Source of the DNA: Verrucomicrobiales bacterium
GTDB lineage: Bacteria > Verrucomicrobiota > Verrucomicrobiia > Limisphaerales > CAIMTB01
DNA: 64,000 bases
Direction of reading: 5' to 3'
Assembly (NCBI GenBank): GCA_016795425.1
Contig: JAEUHG010000064.1
Coordinates: 119 to 64,118 of the forward strand
Shown: piece by piece, positions 8,391-16,598 of the stretch
How the letters are laid out: the number at the start of each line of letters is the position of its first letter
Position numbering within the stretch: the first letter of the stretch is position 1
Program-made: the position numbers and the translations under genes
Notes under the pieces: model-generated
Told to the model about the DNA's origin: nothing
What the model saw: the letters and a program-made list of their open reading frames with translations, nothing else
Databases searched by the model: none

Positions 8391-9881
8391 ATGTCCCGTG
8401 GAGTTGTCATCTTCGGTTCCTTGATCGCGGCCCTCATCCTGATCGGACTGCTCGCCTGGAACCCGAGCCCAACATCGACGACAGCCTCCCATCAGGAGCC
8501 CCTGCTGCTCTATTGCGCCGCCGGTCTCAAACCCGCCGTCGAACCCGCGATCCGCGACTACGAACAGCAGACCGGCCGCAAGGTCCAGGTCCAATACGGC
8601 GGGTCGGGCACCCTCCTCAGCAACTTGAAGGTGGCCAAAGTCGGCGACCTTTTCCTTGCCGCCGACGGTTTCTTCCTCGATCTCGCCCGCTCCAACGATC
8701 TCTTGCGGGAAGTCATCCCGATCGCCCGCATGACACCCGTCATCGCGGTGGCGCGTGGCAATCCAAAACAAATCCGAGGCCTCGCCGACCTGCTGCGCAC
8801 CGACGTCCGCCTCGTCCTCGCCAATCCGGAAGCCGCCGCCATCGGACGTCTCACCCGCGATGCTCTGGAATCCCGCCAGGGTTGGAGGACCTTCGCGGAC
8901 CGTGCGCTTGCTCTCAAAACCACGGTCAATGATCTGGCCAACGATCTGAAACTCGGCGCGGCGGACGTCACCTTTCTTTGGGACGCCAACCTCTCCCAAT
9001 ATCCGGAATTGGAAGCCCTCCCGGACCGCCCGTTCCCAGACCTTGCCTCCGAGGTCGCCATCGGCGTGCTGCCCTTCTCTCGTCAACCACGCCAGGCCCT
9101 CCACTTCGCCCGTTTCCTGGGCGCCCGCGATCGCGGACTCCGCCATTTCCAAGCCCATGGCTATGTCGCGGTGGAAGGTGACCTGTGGGTGGAAACCCCG
9201 GAGCTCGTGTTCTACAGTGGCGGCGTCAATCGCCTCGCCATCGAAGACACCCTCCGCCGCTTCGAAGACCGGGAAGGGGTCAAAATCACCCGCGTCTACA
9301 ATGGCTGCGGCATCCTCACCGCTCAGATTCGCGCCGGACAAAAGCCCGACGGATATTTCGCCTGCGACGTCTCCTTCATGCGCACCGTCCAGGATGACTT
9401 CCGCCCGTCCTTCGAGCTCGCCGACACCCGCATGGTCATCGCCACCCCCAAGGACAATCCACGCGCATTGAAACAATTGGCTGATCTCGGTCGCCCCGGA
9501 CTCAAGATCGGCGTGGCTAACGAACAACAGAGTGCCCTCGGCGCCCTGACTGCCGATCTGCTTCGCCGACACCAACTGTTCGACCGGGTCATGTCCAACG
9601 TCGTTGTTCAAACCCCCACCGCCGACCTTCTCGTCAACCAATTGCGCGTCGGCGGCCTCGACGCAGTCGTTGTGTACGAGGTGAATACCCGCCAGGTCGC
9701 CGACCAAATCGGCGTCCAACCCATCGATCTCCCAGGCGCCACCGCCATCCAACCCGTCGCGATTGGTCGTACCACCTCCCATCCGCGTCTCATGGAGCGT
9801 TTGTTGTCGGCGTTGCGTTCGGCGGAGTCGCGTCAGCGGTTCAAGGACGCGGGCTTTCACTGGAGGGACACCCAGCCGTGA
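8391..9881 (+). CDS. Membrane-anchored tandem (duplicated) ModA/WtpA-like oxyanion ABC substrate-binding protein
   Basis: There is an N-terminal hydrophobic anchor (VVIFGSLIAALILIGLLAW). Two successive ModA-like halves follow: LLLYCAAGLKPAVEPAIRDYEQQTGRKVQVQYGGSGTLLSNL...DLFLAAD and LVFYSGGVNRLAIEDTLRRFEDREGVKITRVYNGCGILTAQI...DGYFACD. Confidence 0.8.
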   Translation: MSRGVVIFGSLIAALILIGLLAWNPSPTSTTASHQEPLLLYCAAGLKPAVEPAIRDYEQQTGRKVQVQYGGSGTLLSNLKVAKVGDLFLAADGFFLDLARSNDLLREVIPIARMTPVIAVARGNPKQIRGLADLLRTDVRLVLANPEAAAIGRLTRDALESRQGWRTFADRALALKTTVNDLANDLKLGAADVTFLWDANLSQYPELEALPDRPFPDLASEVAIGVLPFSRQPRQALHFARFLGARDRGLRHFQAHGYVAVEGDLWVETPELVFYSGGVNRLAIEDTLRRFEDREGVKITRVYNGCGILTAQIRAGQKPDGYFACDVSFMRTVQDDFRPSFELADTRMVIATPKDNPRALKQLADLGRPGLKIGVANEQQSALGALTADLLRRHQLFDRVMSNVVVQTPTADLLVNQLRVGGLDAVVVYEVNTRQVADQIGVQPIDLPGATAIQPVAIGRTTSHPRLMERLLSALRSAESRQRFKDAGFHWRDTQP

Positions 9882-10714
9882 CGCGCCCCGCCCGCATCGA
9901 TGCCGCGCCACTCTCCGCCCGGGACCGGCGATTCTACGTCGCGCTGGGCATTCTGGGCGGTTCCTACCTCGTCATCCTCTGTGCGATGCTGGTCGCCGAC
10001 CTGTTCTACACATCGCCGCGACACCTTTGGACCGCGCTCCAAACGCCCGAGATCCGTTTCGCCACCCGACTCAGCCTGCTGACCTGCGCCCTCACCACGC
10101 TGGCCTCCCTTTGGGTGGCCGTGCCGCTCGGTTACCTCCTCTCGCGCGTGCCCTTCCCCGGCCGCAACCTCGTGGACCTGCTGGTCGACATCCCCATCGT
10201 CCTTCCCCCGCTGGTCGTCGGCCTGAGTCTGCTCATTCTCTTTCAAACCCCGCCCGGGCGGTGGATCGAGAAGGTGATTCCCGTGACCTACGCCGTGCCC
10301 AGCATCGTGCTGGCTCAGTTTATGGTCTCGTGTGCTTTCGCCGTGCGCACCATGCGCACTTCCTTCGATCAACTCAGTCCGCGCCCCGAACAAGTCGCCC
10401 TCACGCTCGGGTGCCACCGGTCCGAGGCGTTTTGGCGCGTGGCCCTACCCGGCGCCCGCCGCGGCATCCTCGCCGCCGCCACGCTCGCCTGGGCGCGGTC
10501 ACTGGGCGAGTTTGGCCCGATCCTGGTGTTCTCCGGGGCCACTCGCTTCAAGACCGAAGTTCTCTCCACGACCGTGTTCCTTGAGCTCAGCGTCGGCAAC
10601 CTCGAGGCCGCCGTTGCCGTGTCGATCCTGATGGTCGCCACCGCCGTCGTCGCCCTTTTCGTTGTCCGACATTGGGCCCACGAGTCCGCCCTGGGCCACC
10701 CGCGTACGCCGTGA
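9878..10714 (+). CDS. ABC transporter permease (ModB/CysTW-like)
   Basis: Multiple TM segments are present, with an EAA-type loop LTLGCHRSEAFWRVALPGARRGILAAATLAWARSLGEFGPILVFSG. The GTG start overlaps the upstream stop (GTGA at 9878-9881). Confidence 0.85.
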   Translation: MTRPARIDAAPLSARDRRFYVALGILGGSYLVILCAMLVADLFYTSPRHLWTALQTPEIRFATRLSLLTCALTTLASLWVAVPLGYLLSRVPFPGRNLVDLLVDIPIVLPPLVVGLSLLILFQTPPGRWIEKVIPVTYAVPSIVLAQFMVSCAFAVRTMRTSFDQLSPRPEQVALTLGCHRSEAFWRVALPGARRGILAAATLAWARSLGEFGPILVFSGATRFKTEVLSTTVFLELSVGNLEAAVAVSILMVATAVVALFVVRHWAHESALGHPRTP

Positions 10715-11364
10715 TCGCCGTCGAAAATCTCGCCGTGGCTGCCGGTTCCTTCTCACTGGAAGGAATCAGCTTCGCCGTGCCCGGCGGCACCTACGGGGTT
10801 CTTATGGGCCGGACCGGCTCCGGAAAAACCACGCTCCTGGAGGCTATCTGCGGGCTGCGCCGCGTCACGGGCGGCACCATCCGACTCGGTGAACGCGAGG
10901 TGACCCGCCTGCCCCCCGCCGATCGCGGCATCGGTCTCGTTCCCCAAGATGGCGCCCTCTTCACCCACCTCACCGTGCGCGAACACCTCGCCTTCGGTCC
11001 CAAGGTCCATCGCTGGTCCCCCAACCGCATCGCGGATCGCGTCGCCACTGTCGCCGATTGGCTGGGGATCACGCCGTTGCTTGACCGCGGCGTTCAGGGC
11101 CTGAGCGGCGGTGAAGGCCAACGTGTCGCCCTCGGCCGCGCCCTGGCCATCGAGCCGGCCATCCTTTGCCTCGACGAACCGCTGAGCGCACTCGATGAAT
11201 TCACACGCGATGCGCTCTGCGACCTGTTGATCGCCATCCAGGAGCGCACTCGACTCACCGTCCTCCATATCACACACAGCCGGGTCGAGGCCGAACGCCT
11301 TGCCGACCAAATCCTGGTCCTCAGCGACGGACACCTCCAGACGCATGAACGCCGCGCGACCTGA
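10711..11364 (+). CDS. ABC transporter ATP-binding protein (no C-terminal TOBE domain)
   Basis: Walker A is GRTGSGKTT, the signature motif is LSGGEGQRVALGRAL and Walker B is LCLDEPLSALD. I prefer the GTG at 10711, which forms GTGA with the permease stop, over the track start 10672. Confidence 0.85.
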   Translation: MIAVENLAVAAGSFSLEGISFAVPGGTYGVLMGRTGSGKTTLLEAICGLRRVTGGTIRLGEREVTRLPPADRGIGLVPQDGALFTHLTVREHLAFGPKVHRWSPNRIADRVATVADWLGITPLLDRGVQGLSGGEGQRVALGRALAIEPAILCLDEPLSALDEFTRDALCDLLIAIQERTRLTVLHITHSRVEAERLADQILVLSDGHLQTHERRAT

Positions 11365-12115
11365 CCAGGCCCTGCCCGATCTCACGCCCGAAGAGCAAGC
11401 CATCTACGAATGGCAGCTCGACGTCGGTGGCTTCGGCCTCGCCGGACAACGACGTCTCAAAGCGGCCACGGTTTTCGTTTCCCGCGCCGGTGGTCTCGGC
11501 GGCAACGTCGCCCTTCACCTCGCCGCCGCCGGGGTGGGACGACTCATTCTCGCCCACGCCGGCGACATCCGACCCAGCGATCTCAATCGGCAGTTGCTGA
11601 TGGCGCACGATCGCATCGGGACACCGCGACTGGCCACCGCCGCGGAATCCCTGCGAAGGATCAACCCGCGTCTCGACCTCGTCACCATCCCCGAGAACAT
11701 CAGCCCGGCCAACGCCGCCCGTTGTGTGGGTCCCGCTGATGTCATCGTCGATTGCGCTCCCCTCTTCGCCGAGCGTTTCGCTCTCAATCACGCCGCGATC
11801 AAAGCCAAAATACCCATGGTCGAAGCCGCGGTGTTCGACCTGGACTTCCATCTTACCACCCTGTTGCCGGGCCAGACGCCCTGCCTCCGTTGTCTCTACC
11901 CGGAGGCGAATGTGCACTGGACCCGGAAGTTCCCGGTGATCAGCCCTGTTCCCGGTGTGGCCGGCAGCCTCGCCGCCCTGGAAGTCATCAAACTACTCAC
12001 CGGCCTGGGTCCCACCCTCGCGGGAAAACTCCTTGTTGCCGACCTGCGCCAACTGCAGTTCCGAACGTTGCCGATTCGTCGGTTGCCCAGCTGCCCTGAG
12101 TGTGGCGGGATTTAG
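11345..12115 (+). CDS. ThiF/MoeB/HesA-family E1-like adenylyltransferase
   Basis: The Rossmann motif is VFVSRAGGLGGNVALHLAAAGVGRLILAHAGDIRPSDLNRQ. Zinc-type Cys pairs are CLRCLYPE and CPECG. ATG 11345 overlaps the ATPase stop by 20 nt. Confidence 0.8.
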   Translation: MNAARPDQALPDLTPEEQAIYEWQLDVGGFGLAGQRRLKAATVFVSRAGGLGGNVALHLAAAGVGRLILAHAGDIRPSDLNRQLLMAHDRIGTPRLATAAESLRRINPRLDLVTIPENISPANAARCVGPADVIVDCAPLFAERFALNHAAIKAKIPMVEAAVFDLDFHLTTLLPGQTPCLRCLYPEANVHWTRKFPVISPVPGVAGSLAALEVIKLLTGLGPTLAGKLLVADLRQLQFRTLPIRRLPSCPECGGI

Positions 12116-12126
12116 TCACGAGACGC

Positions 12127-13296
12127 ATGCCCCTCCTCCGTACCGCCCAATCTTTGGTCCTCGCGATCATCCTCGCCGAGACCACAGCCTTCGCGTGCCG
12201 CTACTCGGTTCGCGACACCGGCTTTGTCGAGATCGGCGCCGAACCCTATCGCCTGCTCCTGGGAGGCAGGACCGCTTCCGATGTATCGAGCCTCTACCGC
12301 CAAGCCGCTTCCGCCACGTTCCTCGATGCCAATATCGAATTTGCGTTGGCCGACACCGATTCGCCGGCCCCGATCTCCCTGACTCTGACCTCTCGCGAAG
12401 GCCGCCGGCTCACCCTCCACGAAGGCCAAGAGGTCCCCACGGATCGCACCGCGATCGTCGCGTTGTTGGATCACGTCGCACTGTCGCCCTTCCGGGCCCG
12501 TGTCCTCGACGATGCCCTGGAGGCCTTTGCCGTCATTGCCCTCATTGAAGGCACCGACTCGCGGCGCAATGCGCAGGCGCGCGCGACCATCGACGCCGCC
12601 ATCAGCCACGTCACCCAACTCCTGCCCACCATGCCGAAACCGGTGACCGTTCCACCCCGCGTACTCACCCTGCCGGCCAAGGATATCGCCATCGAAAAAG
12701 TCGCGGTGTGGGGCTTGGGTCTCGATCCTGTCCCCACTCAGGAACCGCGCGCGGTCATCCTGTTCGGCCGTGGACGTCGCATCGGCGATCCCCTCGAAGG
12801 CCCCCTCATCACCCAGACCACTCTGCAGGAGCGCCTGGTCATGATTGGACAGGATTGCGAATGCGAACTCGACCGATCCTGGCTCAAAGGGCCACTGCTT
12901 CCCGTCCGCTGGGACCAGGAACGACAATCCGCCGCCGCCCGCGTCCTCGGCTTCAATCCCGAGAATCCCATGATTCGCACCGAGATCAGCCGCATCGTTC
13001 TACGCGGCCCCGCCGACGGCCCCCGACGCAAACTCACCGGCCCCCGCTCCGCCCTCGGCTATGACGAGGTGCCCGTCGAATCCGTCCCTGATTCCGCCCC
13101 CCTGCCTTCCGATACCACGACCATCGAGGGCTCAGTCACTGAGGTCCTTGAAGCCGCTCAAATCCCACCTGCCCCCGCGCCTCCCACCCTCGACCGCACC
13201 GAGCGCCTCCTATGGGCTGCCATCCTCGGCGGCGCTTTGGGTGCGGGGATCGTCGGATTTCAACGCTGGCGCCGTGCGCGACAGGAACAAGGATGA
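12127..13296 (+). CDS. Exported, C-terminally membrane-anchored protein of unknown function
   Basis: The signal peptide MPLLRTAQSLVLAIILAETTAFA is followed by CRYSVRDTGFVEIG. There is an internal GQDCECELDRSW motif, a Pro-rich linker and a C-terminal TM helix LLWAAILGGALGAGIVGF followed by RWRRAR. I recognise no domain. Codon bias is coding-like, and the gene sits 11 nt after the E1-like gene and 1 nt before the FtsX gene. Confidence 0.7.
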   Translation: MPLLRTAQSLVLAIILAETTAFACRYSVRDTGFVEIGAEPYRLLLGGRTASDVSSLYRQAASATFLDANIEFALADTDSPAPISLTLTSREGRRLTLHEGQEVPTDRTAIVALLDHVALSPFRARVLDDALEAFAVIALIEGTDSRRNAQARATIDAAISHVTQLLPTMPKPVTVPPRVLTLPAKDIAIEKVAVWGLGLDPVPTQEPRAVILFGRGRRIGDPLEGPLITQTTLQERLVMIGQDCECELDRSWLKGPLLPVRWDQERQSAAARVLGFNPENPMIRTEISRIVLRGPADGPRRKLTGPRSALGYDEVPVESVPDSAPLPSDTTTIEGSVTEVLEAAQIPPAPAPPTLDRTERLLWAAILGGALGAGIVGFQRWRRARQEQG

Positions 13297-13297
13297 C

Positions 13298-14449
13298 ATG
13301 AACACGCTGCGACTCATCCTGCGCGAACTCCGGCACCATCGCCTCAACGCGCTGCTCAGCCTCGCGGGTCTCACCGGCGCCGTGGCCCTGCTGGTCATCA
13401 TCCAAATGACCACGACCGCCGCCGCCCGCGAGACCCGCCGGGTCATGCGCGATCTCGGCTTCAACCTGCGCATCATACCGAAGGCCACCGACATGGATCA
13501 TTTCTGGGCGCACGGTTTCTCGGACCAAACCATGCCGGCCGATACCGTGACCCGACTCGCCGCGCAACAGGGCATCTTCGTCACCTTCAATCACCTCACT
13601 CCGGCCCTCGAGGGCCGACTCGCCCTTGGCGACCGAGAATTCCTCCTCACGGGTGTTGGCGATTCCGTCGTAGGCCCCGGCGAAGCCAAACAGCCCATGG
13701 GTTTCAAGATCGCCCGCGGCCACGTCTATCTCGGAAGCACCGTCGCCCAGCACCTCAAAGCCAAAAGGGGCAGCACGCTTCCGCTCAAAACCCGAGATTT
13801 CAACGTCGAACGCGTTCTGGCCGAAAGCGGCACCGAAGAGGATGTCCGCATCTTCACTTCTCTCGCGGATGCCCAGGAACTCCTGGGGCACCCGGGCCGT
13901 ATCAACGAGATCAAAGCCATCGACTGCCTTTGCCTGACGGCTGACAAAGATCCACTCGCCCAACTCCGGGCCGCCCTCGAAAAGGCGCTGCCCGAAGCCA
14001 AGGTCCTCCAACTCCGTACCATGGCCGACGCCCGCGCCCGCCAACGCCAGATGACCGAACGTTACGCGCGCTTTGCCGTCCCCGTGGTCCTCATCGTCGC
14101 GGCCGTATGGCTCGGTTTGCTCGCCTGGCTCAATGTCCGTGATCGCCAGGCCGAAGTCGGCCTCTGGCGGGCCCTCGGGCACGGTTCCACCCGAATCGCC
14201 GGTCTCTTCCTCGGCAAAGCCCTCCTCCTCGGTATCGCCGGTGCTCTGGTGGGATACGCCATCGGGACCACGGTCGCCCTCCGGTACGGCGCTGAACTTT
14301 TCCAAGTCACCGCCAAATCGCTCGCCGCCGAACCCTCCTTGCTCCTGTGGGCGCTCGTCCTGGCGCCGGGATTCTCGGCCGTCGCCAGCCTGCTCCCCGC
14401 CCTTCAGGCGGTCACCCAGGACCCCGCCGAGTCCCTCCGCGCCGACTGA
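13298..14449 (+). CDS. MacB/LolCE-type ABC permease (FtsX-like)
   Basis: The N-terminal TM is LRELRHHRLNALLSLAGLTGAVALLVI. A ~230-aa extracytoplasmic domain follows, then three C-terminal TMs with the FtsX-type loop RDRQAEVGLWRALGHGSTRIAGLFLGKALLLGIAGALVGY. I moved the start to ATG 13298. Confidence 0.8.
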   Translation: MNTLRLILRELRHHRLNALLSLAGLTGAVALLVIIQMTTTAAARETRRVMRDLGFNLRIIPKATDMDHFWAHGFSDQTMPADTVTRLAAQQGIFVTFNHLTPALEGRLALGDREFLLTGVGDSVVGPGEAKQPMGFKIARGHVYLGSTVAQHLKAKRGSTLPLKTRDFNVERVLAESGTEEDVRIFTSLADAQELLGHPGRINEIKAIDCLCLTADKDPLAQLRAALEKALPEAKVLQLRTMADARARQRQMTERYARFAVPVVLIVAAVWLGLLAWLNVRDRQAEVGLWRALGHGSTRIAGLFLGKALLLGIAGALVGYAIGTTVALRYGAELFQVTAKSLAAEPSLLLWALVLAPGFSAVASLLPALQAVTQDPAESLRAD

Positions 14450-14469
14450 CCCCTTCCGCCGCCCACCGC

Positions 14470-15156
14470 ATGATCACCTGCGAGCAACTCAGCCGCCGTT
14501 TCCGAGGTCCCGACCGCGAGATCGCGGCACTCGACAACGTCTCCTTCTCCATCGAGCGCGGAGAGTTCGCGGTCATCAAGGGCGCGTCAGGCTCGGGCAA
14601 GAGCACCCTCCTGCTTGCCCTCGGCGGCATGCAGCGTCCCACCCAGGGCCGCGTGGTTCTCGACGGCCAGGAGGTCTATGCTCTCGCACCGGACGCCCGG
14701 AACCGCCTTCGCGCCCAATCGATTGGTTTCGTCTTCCAACTCTTTCACCTCGTTCCCTACCTGAACGTTCGCGAAAACGTGGTGGCCGGGCTGCCTGACG
14801 GCGCCCACCGGGCTGACGCCCAACGGCGCACCGACGCCCTGCTCGAAAGTCTCGGACTTTCCGCGCGAGCCCGGCACCTCCCCGGAACGTTGAGCGCCGG
14901 CGAACGCCAGCGCACCGCCCTGGCCCGAGCGTTGGTGAAGCAACCCGCTGTCATCCTGGCCGACGAACCCACCGGCAATCTCGATCCCGCCAACGCCGCG
15001 GAGGTCTTCCAACACCTCGACGCGTTTCGCCGCAACGGAGGCACCGTGGTGGTCGTGACCCACGGCGACGACGCCGCCCGGTTCGCCCAACGCACCCTTC
15101 GACTCGACGCCGGACGACTCATCGATTCCGGCACCCCAACGTCCACGCCCTCATGA
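14470..15156 (+). CDS. ABC ATP-binding protein (LolD/MacB-type)
   Basis: Walker A is GASGSGKST, the signature motif is LSAGERQRTALARAL and Walker B is ILADEPTGNLD. I moved the start to ATG 14470 (MITCEQLSRRF). Confidence 0.85.
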   Translation: MITCEQLSRRFRGPDREIAALDNVSFSIERGEFAVIKGASGSGKSTLLLALGGMQRPTQGRVVLDGQEVYALAPDARNRLRAQSIGFVFQLFHLVPYLNVRENVVAGLPDGAHRADAQRRTDALLESLGLSARARHLPGTLSAGERQRTALARALVKQPAVILADEPTGNLDPANAAEVFQHLDAFRRNGGTVVVVTHGDDAARFAQRTLRLDAGRLIDSGTPTSTPS

Positions 15157-16598
15157 AGTTTCCCATGTTCCATGTCCCACTCGTGATTTCCGCCGGGCGC
15201 CTCCTCCAGCGGCCGCTCCTCGCTGCGGGCCTCAGCCTGGTAACACTTACCACCCCGGCCGCCGACTGGCCCACGTACCGCGGCGACTACGCGCGATCCG
15301 GCGTTTCCAAGGACGCTTTGCCTCCCCGGCTCACAGAGGCTTGGACCTGGCGGTCCGTCCAACCGCCTCAACCCGCCTGGCAGGGTGAGGCCAAGTGGGA
15401 CGGCTGGAACAAGGTCTACGACATGAAACCTCGTCAGATCTTCGATCGCGCGTTCCACACGGCAATCGCCGATGGTCGGGTCTTCTTCGGATCCTCCGCC
15501 GACGACAAACTGTATTGTCTCGACACCAAGACCGGACGCGAGATCTGGACGTATTTCGCGGAAGGTCCCATCCGCCTCGCCCCCACCATTGAGGGTGATC
15601 GCGTGTTTTTCGGTTCGGACGACGGTTGCATCACCTGCCTGGATGCCGCCTCGGGTTCGGTGATCTGGAGGCAGCGCGCGGTCGAGTCCGACCGCCGCAT
15701 TCCTGGCAACGGACGCGTGATCTCCAACTGGCCGGTGCGCAGCTCGGTCATCGTGCTCAACGGTGTCGCCTATGCCACCGCGGGCATGTTTCCGTCCGAG
15801 GGCGTTCACATCGTGGGTCTCGATGCCGCCACCGGGGCGGTTCGGTGGCGCCAGATCCAGACCGACCTTCCGGCTCAAGGCTACCTCCTGGCCTCGGCGT
15901 CTAAACTCTACGTCCCTGCCGGACGCAATAATCCGGTGGTCTGCAATCTTGCCGACGGCAAACGGCTCCACGTCGTCGAAGGCTCCGGAGGCACCTACGC
16001 ACTGCTCACCGGCGATCTGCTGGTGTTCGGACCCGGAAAAACCGGCCAGCTCAATGCGGTGGAGGAGGACCAGAAAGACCAACTCGCCACTTTCCAGGGC
16101 AGCCACATGATTGTCACCCCGACCCGCTCTTATCTCCATTCCGATACCGAACTCTCCGCGCTCGATCGGGCCCGCTACCTCGAACTGGCGCGCCGCCGCA
16201 AGGAGCTCTCCACCCAACAGGCCAAAATCTCCAAGGACCTCCGGGCCCTCGCCAAGAAGGCCGGCACCGAAGCCGACCAGGCGCGCGCCAAAGACAAGCT
16301 CGCCGAACTCGGCGTCCAGATCGATGCCACCACCGAAGCGATGGAACACTGCGTCCTCTGGCGAGCCGATTGTCCACTTCGTCTCGAACTCATTCTCGCC
16401 GGCAATGTCCTCATCGCCGGTGGCGGCAATCAGATCGCCGGTTACGACCTCGAACGCGGCACGCAATCTTGGAAACTCCCGGTGTCCGGCGACGCTTATG
16501 GTCTCGCCGTTGCCGGGGGCTCCCTCTTCGTCAGCACCGACCGCGGCGTGATCCATTGCTTCGGATCCCACGGCAACCAGGCCAGCCTCACCCAATGA
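15153..16598 (+). CDS. Exported PQQ-like (BamB-type) beta-propeller repeat protein with a coiled-coil insert
   Basis: The signal peptide is followed by DWPTYRGDYARSG. Repeated blade motifs are present: GRVFFGSSADDKLYCLDTKTGREIW, DRVFFGSDDGCITCLDAASGSVIW, VGLDAATGAVRW and IAGYDLERGTQSW. The ATGA overlap with the upstream ATPase is at 15153-15156. Confidence 0.8.
   Translation: MKFPMFHVPLVISAGRLLQRPLLAAGLSLVTLTTPAADWPTYRGDYARSGVSKDALPPRLTEAWTWRSVQPPQPAWQGEAKWDGWNKVYDMKPRQIFDRAFHTAIADGRVFFGSSADDKLYCLDTKTGREIWTYFAEGPIRLAPTIEGDRVFFGSDDGCITCLDAASGSVIWRQRAVESDRRIPGNGRVISNWPVRSSVIVLNGVAYATAGMFPSEGVHIVGLDAATGAVRWRQIQTDLPAQGYLLASASKLYVPAGRNNPVVCNLADGKRLHVVEGSGGTYALLTGDLLVFGPGKTGQLNAVEEDQKDQLATFQGSHMIVTPTRSYLHSDTELSALDRARYLELARRRKELSTQQAKISKDLRALAKKAGTEADQARAKDKLAELGVQIDATTEAMEHCVLWRADCPLRLELILAGNVLIAGGGNQIAGYDLERGTQSWKLPVSGDAYGLAVAGGSLFVSTDRGVIHCFGSHGNQASLTQ

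Noticed and set aside
8169-9911. 580-aa minus-strand ORF
   Set aside because: It lies antisense to the tandem ModA-like binding protein gene and has no recognisable motif. It is a typical GC-rich shadow ORF.
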